This document shows, one piece after another, positions 9,215 to 17,780 of a stretch of 64,000 bases of DNA. Both the position numbers and the translations under genes were made by a program. The stretch's first letter is position 1. Every line of letters begins with the position of its first letter. The notes beneath the pieces were generated by a model, which saw only the letters and a list, made by a program, of their open reading frames with translations, did not search any database and was not told the DNA's origin. The stretch covers positions 13,537 to 77,536 of the forward strand of contig CAYOQP010000002.1 of NCBI GenBank assembly GCA_964406145.1, read 5' to 3'. The stretch is from an uncultured Candidatus Saccharibacteria bacterium. Its GTDB lineage: Bacteria > Patescibacteriota > UBA1384 > XYA2-FULL-43-10 > 1-14-0-10-43-13.

Positions 9215-9250
9215 GCCCTCGGCCAACCGGCCGAGGGCGTTGTGTATCTA
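9215..9250 (+). terminator. intrinsic terminator
   Basis: GCCCTCGGCC-AACC-GGCCGAGGGC perfect hairpin followed by a T-rich stretch. Confidence 0.7.
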
Positions 9251-9317
9251 TGGGATTTTTTACTTTGCCATATACATATATATGTATGAAGAAATCATAT
9301 ATAAAGTCAAATTGTTA

Positions 9318-9346
9318 TTGACAAAATAAATTTAGCGTGGTACAAT
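9318..9346 (+). promoter_or_regulatory. perfect consensus sigma70 promoter P1 (TTGACA-17-TACAAT)
   Basis: Seen directly in the sequence. Confidence 0.6.
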
Positions 9347-9531
9347 GCAGCGTTCTGAGGGTGAGTGAGTGGAAGACCTCAGGAGGTGCAAGATCGATTA
9401 AATAATTACGCTACATAGCAAAAGTGGCAGTAGAGTACTGGTAATTCGTTGGCTCCCCTCCGCCTTCGAGTTGCCAGTACTTTGCCGCCAGACGTATCAA
9501 CTTTACCCAGCTCAAAACAGACAATACAGTC

Positions 9532-9560
9532 TTGACAAAAACAGAAAAATGTAGTATAAT
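9532..9560 (+). promoter_or_regulatory. perfect consensus sigma70 promoter P2 (TTGACA-17-TATAAT)
   Basis: Seen directly; lies 214 bp downstream of P1. Confidence 0.6.
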
Positions 9561-10005
9561 ACTCTTATGCACGATAGGAAATGAAGTCGTGAGCAACACA
9601 CAAAATAGTAACGAAAAGCATGAATACTGGCGCATATGATCGAGGGTAATTGCACAGAATCAAGTTTACCTAGAATCAGGCGACAGCGTCCTGCATAATT
9701 CAATCCATCGCAAGATGGAATCGTGGGTTCCCCCTCCGCCCGCGAGAGTTATGCAGAACAGTGTCGCTTTATTTGTCTCAAAAGAGACAATATAGGGTCA
9801 CCTGCACATTAACAATATTATAAACTTTCTCAGCAAAGAATTAGCTAATCACACACTATGGCGCTCGTAACGGCGTAATCTGATCTTGCGATCACTCGCG
9901 CCAGAGGAAACGCCAGAATAGCCCTGATCTCGATTGGCAACTTCTTGCTGAGAAAGCACACTCCAGCCCGTCAATATGACGGATCTTGATAGAAGGAGAA
10001 AGACG

Positions 10006-10899
10006 ATGAATAAACTCGTCACCCTCATCACTTTGTCCGTCATCTTAGTTATGACGGCTGGACTCAACGCATTTGCCGTCTCTGACGGCTATGCCTACGG
10101 CACGGCCCCTGCGCCGACCATGACCAACCCGGCCCCTGTGCCGGCTACCAGTTCTTCCACTGCTACTGCGAAGGCAGAAGCCGTGATCAATCAGATGATC
10201 ACGAAGAAGACCGTTGTGGTCCACCGCCATGGTGGCGGGACCGTAGTCAACGTGCCGCGGCAAGCGGCACCCGTAGTGAATAACTACATCGTGCCGCCGG
10301 CACCGCCGGCAAAGGAGAACGATATGAGTGGAGTACTGATGGGCCTAGTGGTCCTCGGCTGCATCGCGGTTATCGGCGTCATCGCTTGGATCATTACTGC
10401 CGTCATTCAAGGCGGTATGATCGCTCGCACAGAGCAAGCCGCCGCCGCCCGTGAGACCGCACAGCAAAACGCCATCCAGGCCAATGCATTAGCGGCCGCC
10501 AATGCCGCTGCCCGTATCCCTGGGTATGAAGCGCTCAATCTGAGCGTCACGCCCACTGGCCTGCACATGAACGTGCGCCCAGCGAATCCCACGCCGGTCA
10601 TCCCCGCCGCTCCGGTCGCGCCGCCCCCAACGCCGATCATCATCATCCCGCCGGCTGCGCCTGCCCCTGCGGCCCCCGCCGCTCCGGCTGGCTACATGCC
10701 AGCGCCGGTCTTCACCGTAGCGCCGATCACCCTCGTCCCAGTCGGGCACGCTCCGGCACCCGCCCCGGGACCCGCACCTGCTCCGGCACCTGCCCCTGCA
10801 CCTCGTCCCGCCCCGGGACCCGCACCTGCTCCGGCACCTGCCCCTGCACCTCGTCCCGCCGGTGGTGGTGCTCGCCGCCCCGCTCGCACAACCCCGTAA
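10006..10899 (+). CDS. signal-peptide/TM protein with Pro/Ala-rich tandem-repeat C-terminus
   Basis: AAGGAG RBS; N-terminal signal peptide; one internal TM; PAPAPGPAPAPAPAPAPRPA repeated twice (48-bp DNA tandem repeat). Confidence 0.5.
   Translation: MNKLVTLITLSVILVMTAGLNAFAVSDGYAYGTAPAPTMTNPAPVPATSSSTATAKAEAVINQMITKKTVVVHRHGGGTVVNVPRQAAPVVNNYIVPPAPPAKENDMSGVLMGLVVLGCIAVIGVIAWIITAVIQGGMIARTEQAAAARETAQQNAIQANALAAANAAARIPGYEALNLSVTPTGLHMNVRPANPTPVIPAAPVAPPPTPIIIIPPAAPAPAAPAAPAGYMPAPVFTVAPITLVPVGHAPAPAPGPAPAPAPAPAPRPAPGPAPAPAPAPAPRPAGGGARRPARTTP
10763..10858 (+). repeat. 2 x 48-bp perfect tandem repeat encoding the Pro/Ala-rich segment
   Basis: ccccgggacccgcacctgctccggcacctgcccctgcacctcgtcccg occurs twice, head to tail. 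Confidence 0.8.
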
Positions 10900-11017
10900 G
10901 GTTTGTGCGGCAGAGATCCTGTCTCTATGCTCGCCCCCGTGGCGTGCTGGAGACAGTCCTCTGCGAATCATTCCAGACATTCACCCAGCGACCTTGAACT
11001 TGAAGGAGGTTTCAACC

Positions 11018-11569
11018 ATGTCCGACACTCCCGCCGGCACCACCGGCAAAGCGCAGATCAAGCTTCCGCAGCTTCCGCCGGCAGTTGAGCCGGAAGATCT
11101 GCGGACTCGCCTGATGGAAGTGGCAGTTGCCACCCCGTCCGGCGAACGCGCCAAGATGATCGATGCTCTCTCGCGGAAAATGGCCGGTGGCAGCAATGCC
11201 GTCGAGCATCTCCTCGAAGTGATCGAAGACACCAGCGCGGCGCGCGAAGAAATCGTCGGCGCCATCGCCATCCTCATCTCCCCCGCGATCTGGGACAAGT
11301 ACACCAATCCCGATCTGCGTGGAGCTGTCGTCTCCTGGCTCGTGTGGCTGGCCACACAGGAGTTCGACTCCGACATCAGCTTGACCGCGCTGGCGGCAGC
11401 CCAAGCCCTCCTCGCCGAGGGACCGCTCCGCAAGGAGCACGCCAACACAGTCAAAACCTGCATTCTGCAGGCGCGACAGATGGATCCGCCGCTCACCTGG
11501 TCCATCGCCGTCTCGTTCGTCTTCGACTTCGTCGCCAGCAATGGTGGCGAGTCGAAAGACAAGCAATAG
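11018..11569 (+). CDS. hypothetical protein (GC-rich island)
   Basis: GGAGG RBS 7 nt before ATG 11018; high GC; no recognisable motif. Confidence 0.4.
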   Translation: MSDTPAGTTGKAQIKLPQLPPAVEPEDLRTRLMEVAVATPSGERAKMIDALSRKMAGGSNAVEHLLEVIEDTSAAREEIVGAIAILISPAIWDKYTNPDLRGAVVSWLVWLATQEFDSDISLTALAAAQALLAEGPLRKEHANTVKTCILQARQMDPPLTWSIAVSFVFDFVASNGGESKDKQ

Positions 11570-11584
11570 TGAGCATCGCCGCGG

Positions 11585-11648
11585 CCCCCACTCTTCCTGA
11601 AAGGGTGGGGGATTCGCATTTTATAAGGACTTTATTAGTCCTTTTTTT
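11585..11648 (+). terminator. double hairpin terminator at the right edge of the GC-rich island
   Basis: CCCCCACTCTT...AAGGGTGGGGG followed by AAGGACT-TTATT-AGTCCTT and a T7 run. Confidence 0.65.
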
Positions 11649-11667
11649 GGTGCCAATTTTGTCTTAT

Positions 11668-11696
11668 TTGCTTTCGAAAAATAATTGTTTTATGAT
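11668..11696 (+). promoter_or_regulatory. sigma70-like promoter (TTGCTT-17-TATGAT)
   Basis: Precedes the 11741 to 25206 cluster. Confidence 0.45.
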
Positions 11697-11740
11697 GTAA
11701 TAAACAATATAATATATCTAAATTATTTTCTGGAGGGATT

Positions 11741-12100
11741 ATGTCAAGTCAACAAGCACAGGACTCCATTGTTGGTGATATCATTAAAAAAGATCTCATC
11801 GATCTTTTGGGATTAAACGATCTACCTGAGGAGAAGAAAGAAGAGTACCGCAAGACGGCGGCTGAGACAGTCTACAACCGAGCCTTTATCCGTGCTACTG
11901 ATATGCTCGAAGAGATGGGACTACTAGAAGAATACCAGAAGGAAGATCGAGACGAAGAGGGGACTAAAGCCTTTTTTGCGAGTCACGGAATCGATCTGGA
12001 ACAATTGCTTAAAGATGAAGCCTTGATATATAAGACGCAGATGAAGATGTCTGCAGACCTACTGGATGCTGGGATAGACGTAAAAGCCAAAGCGGCTTAA
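11741..12100 (+). CDS. hypothetical small acidic protein
   Basis: GGAGGG RBS; 119 aa. Confidence 0.45.
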   Translation: MSSQQAQDSIVGDIIKKDLIDLLGLNDLPEEKKEEYRKTAAETVYNRAFIRATDMLEEMGLLEEYQKEDRDEEGTKAFFASHGIDLEQLLKDEALIYKTQMKMSADLLDAGIDVKAKAA

Positions 12101-12110
12101 GGGAGGGAAT

Positions 12111-15100
12111 ATGACAGTAGACGGACGAGGTCCATCACCTGAAGAAATGGGAGTAGATGTCAGCCGTGCTGGCGGTGCGGTTGTAGTTGATGCGAGCGAA
12201 GCATCTCCAGATGGTGGTGCTTTTAGTTTGGACGATCTTCCACCAGCAGATGTAGATCCTTTAGCAGGTGAAGATGCAGCTCCTGTTGTAGTTGATGAAA
12301 CACCAGAAGAAGGACTTGTTTCTGCTACTCCAGCCACCCAGGCCGAACCAGTCGCTGGAGCAACACTAGAAAGACCAAAGACTCAACAAGAGCTTGCAAA
12401 AGAAAAGAGAATGACCAAACTTGATGAATCAATCAAAGCGACGGCAAAGTTGGCCGAATCAGGCAAATTGCTGAAAATGGCCAAGTATCGCAAGAAAGAT
12501 GCCGGAGAGCATGTCGTCGATGGTCTTAAAAGCTTTGCCAAAAAAGCTGTCATTGGTGGTGCAATTGGTGGATTTTTTGCTGGTCCTCTTGGAATTCTAG
12601 CTGGTATTGGTGGTGCGGCCGGATCAGAGCTTGGAGTCAGTGTCGGCAAGATCTTTCGCGGTGCAGTCGACAAAATTGGCGAGATGAGTGGCCGCGAAAA
12701 TAAACAAGAAGATCTGAGAAGAGAACTCGAAATTCTCGAATCTGACAGACTTTGTAAATTGGCAGATTTAGCAGTCGCCACAGCAGAAGCAATAAGATTA
12801 CCAGAGGGCGAGAAAATTACTTTCGAAGGCGCTGAGTATACGGCGGATGAAATGCGTCTAAAATATTTTGAATTTGTTACTAAAATGGCTGATCCCAATT
12901 CTGCGGAAAATCAGGCCATGGCAGAGAAAGAGAAGAAATACAAAAAAGGAGAAGTCGGTTGGAAATTATTCAATGGCTTACTTGGTGTTGCTGGCGGCAT
13001 ATTAGCTGGCGGCGCGATAACCGAAGCCATCAGAGCAACACTTACACAACAAATTGCTTTGCATGGTGTTAATATGAAGACTGGCGGTATCGGCGAGCTT
13101 GCTGATACTTATGGCTCAGAGAGTCTAAAGCATATGCAAACCCTAGGCCATAATGTGCATGTGCATAATGGCGGAATAGTTTTTGATTATCAGGGTGGTG
13201 CTGGTGGAGCAGAGCTTCAGGAAATTGGTCAAGCAATGCAGAATGCTCCTGCTTGGCTACAGAATGGTCACTTTTTTAATTCAGAATTAATCCAGCAAGG
13301 CATGCACGAGGCCGAAGGTTTAAGAGCTCAGTTTACTGAGATTGTTGGTCGTGAAGTACAAACAAAAATTTATGGTATTATCGCTGGCATTGGTGCGGCT
13401 TCTGCAGTTGTTGATATGTTTAGGAATGATCGTGGCAAGAAGACTGGTAAAGTCGAGGCTATTTCTAAAGAGACATTATTATCCAGAGATCTTGCGCCGA
13501 CTCCTGCTAGTCCAGCGGCACCTGCGGGGCCAGCGGCACCAGGTGGTGAGGGCGGAGGAGAAGAGCTAGCTCCGATAGAGCTTAGGATCGGTGGTATATA
13601 CGGAGCTCGTACCGATTTGCTTGGTTCTGATGGCGCCGTCATTTTGCCTCGAGACGGCGAAGTCACTTTGGCTAGTGCTGATGCTGCTGCGCGAACAGTT
13701 GTCCTACAGCAGACTAATGCTGATGGGGAGACTGCTACATGGGAAGATTATCCTATCGATCAGTTCCAAACAAATTTTATTTATCTTAGAGGTGGCGCTG
13801 CGCCAGAAACATCAACAGAAGAAGATGAGAATGAAGAGCTTGAGCCTGGTGAAATATCAGCAGATGAGCAAGCCGAGCTTGATGATATGCCGGAGAACGA
13901 GCGGGAGTTCATGGAGGCTGCCTATGCTTTACGTGGTGCAAGGGGCCCAATCGCCAGAGCTGAGAGAGAAAATCCCGACGATGAAGTTACATATGTTGGC
14001 GAGGGCACATTCCAAACTTATCAAGATTTGATGGATGCTGGAGATACGGCTGGATTCGACATTTGGTGGAGCGGCCCAGAATATGGCCATATTCCAAATG
14101 TTGGGACAGCAGAATTTGTAGTTACGGGAGTTGTCTGTAGCCGCAATCCAGATGGCCAACTTCGTGTTGATTTCGAAATTGATATTATTGCAGAACCCGA
14201 TCCAGATATATTGGCTCGAGGCTATGAAAGAAAAGGCTTCTTTAATGAAGCTGGTAATAATGAGTTTGATGCCGAAGCTTTCAGGACCGCAGTAAATGAG
14301 GCATCCTTAACGGAGCCAGTAATAATTAGATTGTCTGATGGTCAAGTACTTCATGCCAATCCTAGTTCAGCTGGAAATGAGGGTTTTTCAATATTCAATC
14401 CAGATAATCCAGATAATCCACCTCAGCCGATAAAGTACAACGAGCTTACAGAAGAAGGTTTGAGTGGTGCTCTGGGTGTGGACTGGTACGTCAAAAAAAG
14501 TACGGAGCCGGTAGTAGAAGAAGCACCACTGGCTGATGGCGAGGACGAAGTTGTGCCTCTGCCAGGAGGCTCAGATGCAGACGCTGAAGTGCCGCTTATT
14601 ACTGAGAAAGAGGCTGGTCTTAATGAAATAAGGACACTGGTTAATCGTCTTGCGGCAGTCGGCCCAGTCAAGGCGGTTAGACACGAAGGCGCAAACGATG
14701 ATATTATTGATCCTGACCCAGGAAAAGTTGATAAATGGTTTCAATTTCATGATGAGATCATTGCGAAGAAGAGCGACTCTGTCTCTATCAGTTTTGTCAC
14801 GGAGGGTATAGAGACTTTTACTGATGGTTCTGAGTATATGCTAACTATAGATGGGACTCCAGAAATTTCAGAAGATGCAGATGGCAAAGTTAAGATTATC
14901 ATCAAGGGTCGTGCTGAAGCTGTCTCTGGTCCTGCGGAAGAGTCTGAATTGCCGGCGCCCGAGGGCGATCCGGCCGCGGCGGAGAAAGAAAGAATCCGTC
15001 AAGAGATCAATGATCTAGCAGTAGAATTGGTGGCTTTTGGGTCGGTAAAGATGAGAAGAACGGACACTGGTGCCGAGTCGCTTGACCCTGGATTTTTCCC

Positions 15101-16814
15101 TGCTTATTTAAAACTCAAAAATACCGCTGAAAGTAACGGCTATGAATTCCGACATACAATTGTTGGAATGAACGCTCTCGCTTCTGGGACAGAATTTTCA
15201 GCTATCTACGATTCTCAAGAGATAATTCAAGATCCAGACGGTAAAATGATTATTAAGGTGGTTGCTCATGTTGAGACGGCTCCAGCGCCAGCAAATCCTG
15301 AAGCTGATTTAGAGTCAGATATTTCTGGTAGTGAAGTTTTGGTTAATGCGGCTACTGGGGAAATCAATCCACCTTCAGCTGTTTCGGCCAAATATCCAGA
15401 TAAACGTTTTTCAATCAAGCCAGACCTGTCCTTCAATAAACCAGCCGTTGATTTTTATGCAAAGATTGATTTAGCGGCTGATTCATTTGGCATTACCCCT
15501 GATCCAGAATATCCTGATCATTTATTTGTTCCAATTACGCTAAAGCCGGCTGATGGTTTCACTGAAGCTGAGCGTGGAGGTTTTTTCCTTGAAGTTGATA
15601 TTTTCGGAAGAAATTGGGATAAATTCAACACTCGTTTCGCTAATCGCGAGACTAGCGGCGAAGTCTTCACTTTGCGTGACAGGAATTTAATTGAGTATAC
15701 GATTACCGGTCAGGATGGCGATGATTATATTATGACTTCAGCTGCAGGTGAGACGAGAATGACAGCCGACAAAATTAAGGCAAACATTGTTGACTGGTAT
15801 GCAAAGGCAGGTGAGGTGTCGACTGGAGCCCCAGAGACTGAGAATACTACGGATGCCCCACCTTCCCCAGAAGCCGGCACGGAGACGACAATTGATGCTG
15901 ATGTTGAAGCTTTAAGCGCACAATTCGTCGGAAAAGAATTTGAGTTTACGAGTCCGACTGATTTTCACAACGTTGAGGCTGATGGTTTTACGCTTGATGA
16001 TCAGATGAAGAAACTTGTAGAGAAATATCCAGATTTTTCAGCCAAGCCGATGTGGTTTTTGCCTGAGTCTGCTTCTGGCAAAGCCAGGATTTCCTCTATA
16101 AAAAAATACGAAAAAGAAGGTTATAAGTATTTTATGGTCAAGTTTGATATTGAAGAACTTAACCCCGATGCAATTTTATCTGCCGCTGGTTATGAACAAA
16201 GAGGAACATTACAAAGTGGGATAAAAGGAAATAATTTAGAGAAATATAAAAAGGCAATAGATTCGGGCGAACAGGTAGTTGTAAGAGATTATAAAGGTGG
16301 TATTTATCTAATGACAGGAAAAAATGCGACCACAGGTGATAGATACTGGGAGGGCAGACCATTCGATCCTATTACTGGTACAATTGGAGAGCCAGTTCCT
16401 AGTTTCGCTATGCCAGTTGACTGGTATGTAAAAAAGGCTGATGGCGGTGCTCCAGTCGGAGAGCCTGCGACTGATACTGGCACAACAGAATCTCCTGTCG
16501 ACGAACCACCAGCTGAAAGATTGCCCTTTGAGCGACTAGAGAATGGCCGTATTCGACTAAATTATCCAGATGGCAAGACCATAGAGCTCGGCGGACCGGA
16601 ATCAGTCACATTGCCGATAACTGAAAAGGGTGAGAAAAAAGATGCTACTGGAGTAATAATGAGTGTCAAGTTTTCGCCGCCAGTGACTGAAGAAACCGAC
16701 CTAGATATCAAGCTTCTAAAGGAAGGATCTACTAGGCTTTCAAAAGTTACTTATAAAGTTAGCGAATTAAAACAATATTTATTAGAGAAGAATCCTGGGC
16801 TACTTAGAGGATAA
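12111..16814 (+). CDS. giant acidic protein (1567 aa) with a Gly-zipper segment and internal DWYVKK repeats
   Basis: GGGAGGG RBS; uninterrupted 4.7 kb ORF; GGAIGGFFAGPLGILAGIGGAAG segment; repeated (V)DWY(V/A)K(K/A) motif three times. Confidence 0.6.
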   Translation: MTVDGRGPSPEEMGVDVSRAGGAVVVDASEASPDGGAFSLDDLPPADVDPLAGEDAAPVVVDETPEEGLVSATPATQAEPVAGATLERPKTQQELAKEKRMTKLDESIKATAKLAESGKLLKMAKYRKKDAGEHVVDGLKSFAKKAVIGGAIGGFFAGPLGILAGIGGAAGSELGVSVGKIFRGAVDKIGEMSGRENKQEDLRRELEILESDRLCKLADLAVATAEAIRLPEGEKITFEGAEYTADEMRLKYFEFVTKMADPNSAENQAMAEKEKKYKKGEVGWKLFNGLLGVAGGILAGGAITEAIRATLTQQIALHGVNMKTGGIGELADTYGSESLKHMQTLGHNVHVHNGGIVFDYQGGAGGAELQEIGQAMQNAPAWLQNGHFFNSELIQQGMHEAEGLRAQFTEIVGREVQTKIYGIIAGIGAASAVVDMFRNDRGKKTGKVEAISKETLLSRDLAPTPASPAAPAGPAAPGGEGGGEELAPIELRIGGIYGARTDLLGSDGAVILPRDGEVTLASADAAARTVVLQQTNADGETATWEDYPIDQFQTNFIYLRGGAAPETSTEEDENEELEPGEISADEQAELDDMPENEREFMEAAYALRGARGPIARAERENPDDEVTYVGEGTFQTYQDLMDAGDTAGFDIWWSGPEYGHIPNVGTAEFVVTGVVCSRNPDGQLRVDFEIDIIAEPDPDILARGYERKGFFNEAGNNEFDAEAFRTAVNEASLTEPVIIRLSDGQVLHANPSSAGNEGFSIFNPDNPDNPPQPIKYNELTEEGLSGALGVDWYVKKSTEPVVEEAPLADGEDEVVPLPGGSDADAEVPLITEKEAGLNEIRTLVNRLAAVGPVKAVRHEGANDDIIDPDPGKVDKWFQFHDEIIAKKSDSVSISFVTEGIETFTDGSEYMLTIDGTPEISEDADGKVKIIIKGRAEAVSGPAEESELPAPEGDPAAAEKERIRQEINDLAVELVAFGSVKMRRTDTGAESLDPGFFPAYLKLKNTAESNGYEFRHTIVGMNALASGTEFSAIYDSQEIIQDPDGKMIIKVVAHVETAPAPANPEADLESDISGSEVLVNAATGEINPPSAVSAKYPDKRFSIKPDLSFNKPAVDFYAKIDLAADSFGITPDPEYPDHLFVPITLKPADGFTEAERGGFFLEVDIFGRNWDKFNTRFANRETSGEVFTLRDRNLIEYTITGQDGDDYIMTSAAGETRMTADKIKANIVDWYAKAGEVSTGAPETENTTDAPPSPEAGTETTIDADVEALSAQFVGKEFEFTSPTDFHNVEADGFTLDDQMKKLVEKYPDFSAKPMWFLPESASGKARISSIKKYEKEGYKYFMVKFDIEELNPDAILSAAGYEQRGTLQSGIKGNNLEKYKKAIDSGEQVVVRDYKGGIYLMTGKNATTGDRYWEGRPFDPITGTIGEPVPSFAMPVDWYVKKADGGAPVGEPATDTGTTESPVDEPPAERLPFERLENGRIRLNYPDGKTIELGGPESVTLPITEKGEKKDATGVIMSVKFSPPVTEETDLDIKLLKEGSTRLSKVTYKVSELKQYLLEKNPGLLRG

Positions 16815-16821
16815 AAGAATT

Positions 16822-17778
16822 ATGGACACATCTACATCTGCAAAAAATGAAGAATTAGGTTCGGCCGGATCAGTGGACATCTATAGTCAGGAAGAGGAGC
16901 TGGATCCATCTTCACTTGATGATGAAACCAGAGTTGAAGTGCTGGATGATTTTTGTAATATTCTTTTGCCTTTAATAGAAAATCACAATTCACTAACTGA
17001 GGCAAAGAAAGATGATGAGGCTGAGCCAATCAGCACGAGAATCACAAAGTTTTTTGTCGACATGGTTCCTTATGGACCAGAATCAGAGCAAGTCTTGAGA
17101 ATGGAAAAAAGCGTCAAAGATGCAACATTGAGAGGCGATCTGCAATCCATCAGAGAGCAGGCTATTGCCGACAGGGAAGATTTGGCTAGGCACGCTGAAT
17201 ATATGGATAAGGTAAGAGGCATGGAGTTTATGACGAAGAAGAAGCTCGATGCGATTCCGGAGCCAGAGCCAATGAAGCCAGTGCCTTCTCTTCAAGAAGT
17301 CATCGATGCCAAGAAAGCCGCTGGTTTATCAACATTTACTTCGCCAAATGACGAGCTAATAATTGATGCAGTTGATCCCGAGACAGTGCCAACGGGCACA
17401 GCAGAAACGGTCGCGGCGACAAGAGACAATGATAATGCCGTGGAAACAGAGCATGCTGCGCCAGTAGAAACGACCAATGTGGTAACTCCAACGGAAGATG
17501 AAGCGCTTAAGACGGCAGAAGCTGTTAAGGTCGCCCCAGAAGAAGCAGAAGTCGAGACTCCAGTCCAGGCGGCTGTTGTCGAAAAGCCAGCAGGAGATAA
17601 TACTATTGATAAAGTCGAGACGCCGGTAGAGGTGACTACTGCCCCAGTTGCTGAGACGACTGATCCCGATAAATTGCCGTGGTGGAAGAGAGTCTTAGGT
17701 CTTGGGTCTAATCCCGACACTTCTCAGGTTGCTGGTGTTGGCCCCAACGGTCCGCTAGTTGAAGAAGAGAAAAAATAG
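16822..17778 (+). CDS. hypothetical acidic protein
   Basis: 318-aa ORF tightly linked to the giant gene. Confidence 0.5.
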   Translation: MDTSTSAKNEELGSAGSVDIYSQEEELDPSSLDDETRVEVLDDFCNILLPLIENHNSLTEAKKDDEAEPISTRITKFFVDMVPYGPESEQVLRMEKSVKDATLRGDLQSIREQAIADREDLARHAEYMDKVRGMEFMTKKKLDAIPEPEPMKPVPSLQEVIDAKKAAGLSTFTSPNDELIIDAVDPETVPTGTAETVAATRDNDNAVETEHAAPVETTNVVTPTEDEALKTAEAVKVAPEEAEVETPVQAAVVEKPAGDNTIDKVETPVEVTTAPVAETTDPDKLPWWKRVLGLGSNPDTSQVAGVGPNGPLVEEEKK

Positions 17779-17780
17779 AT

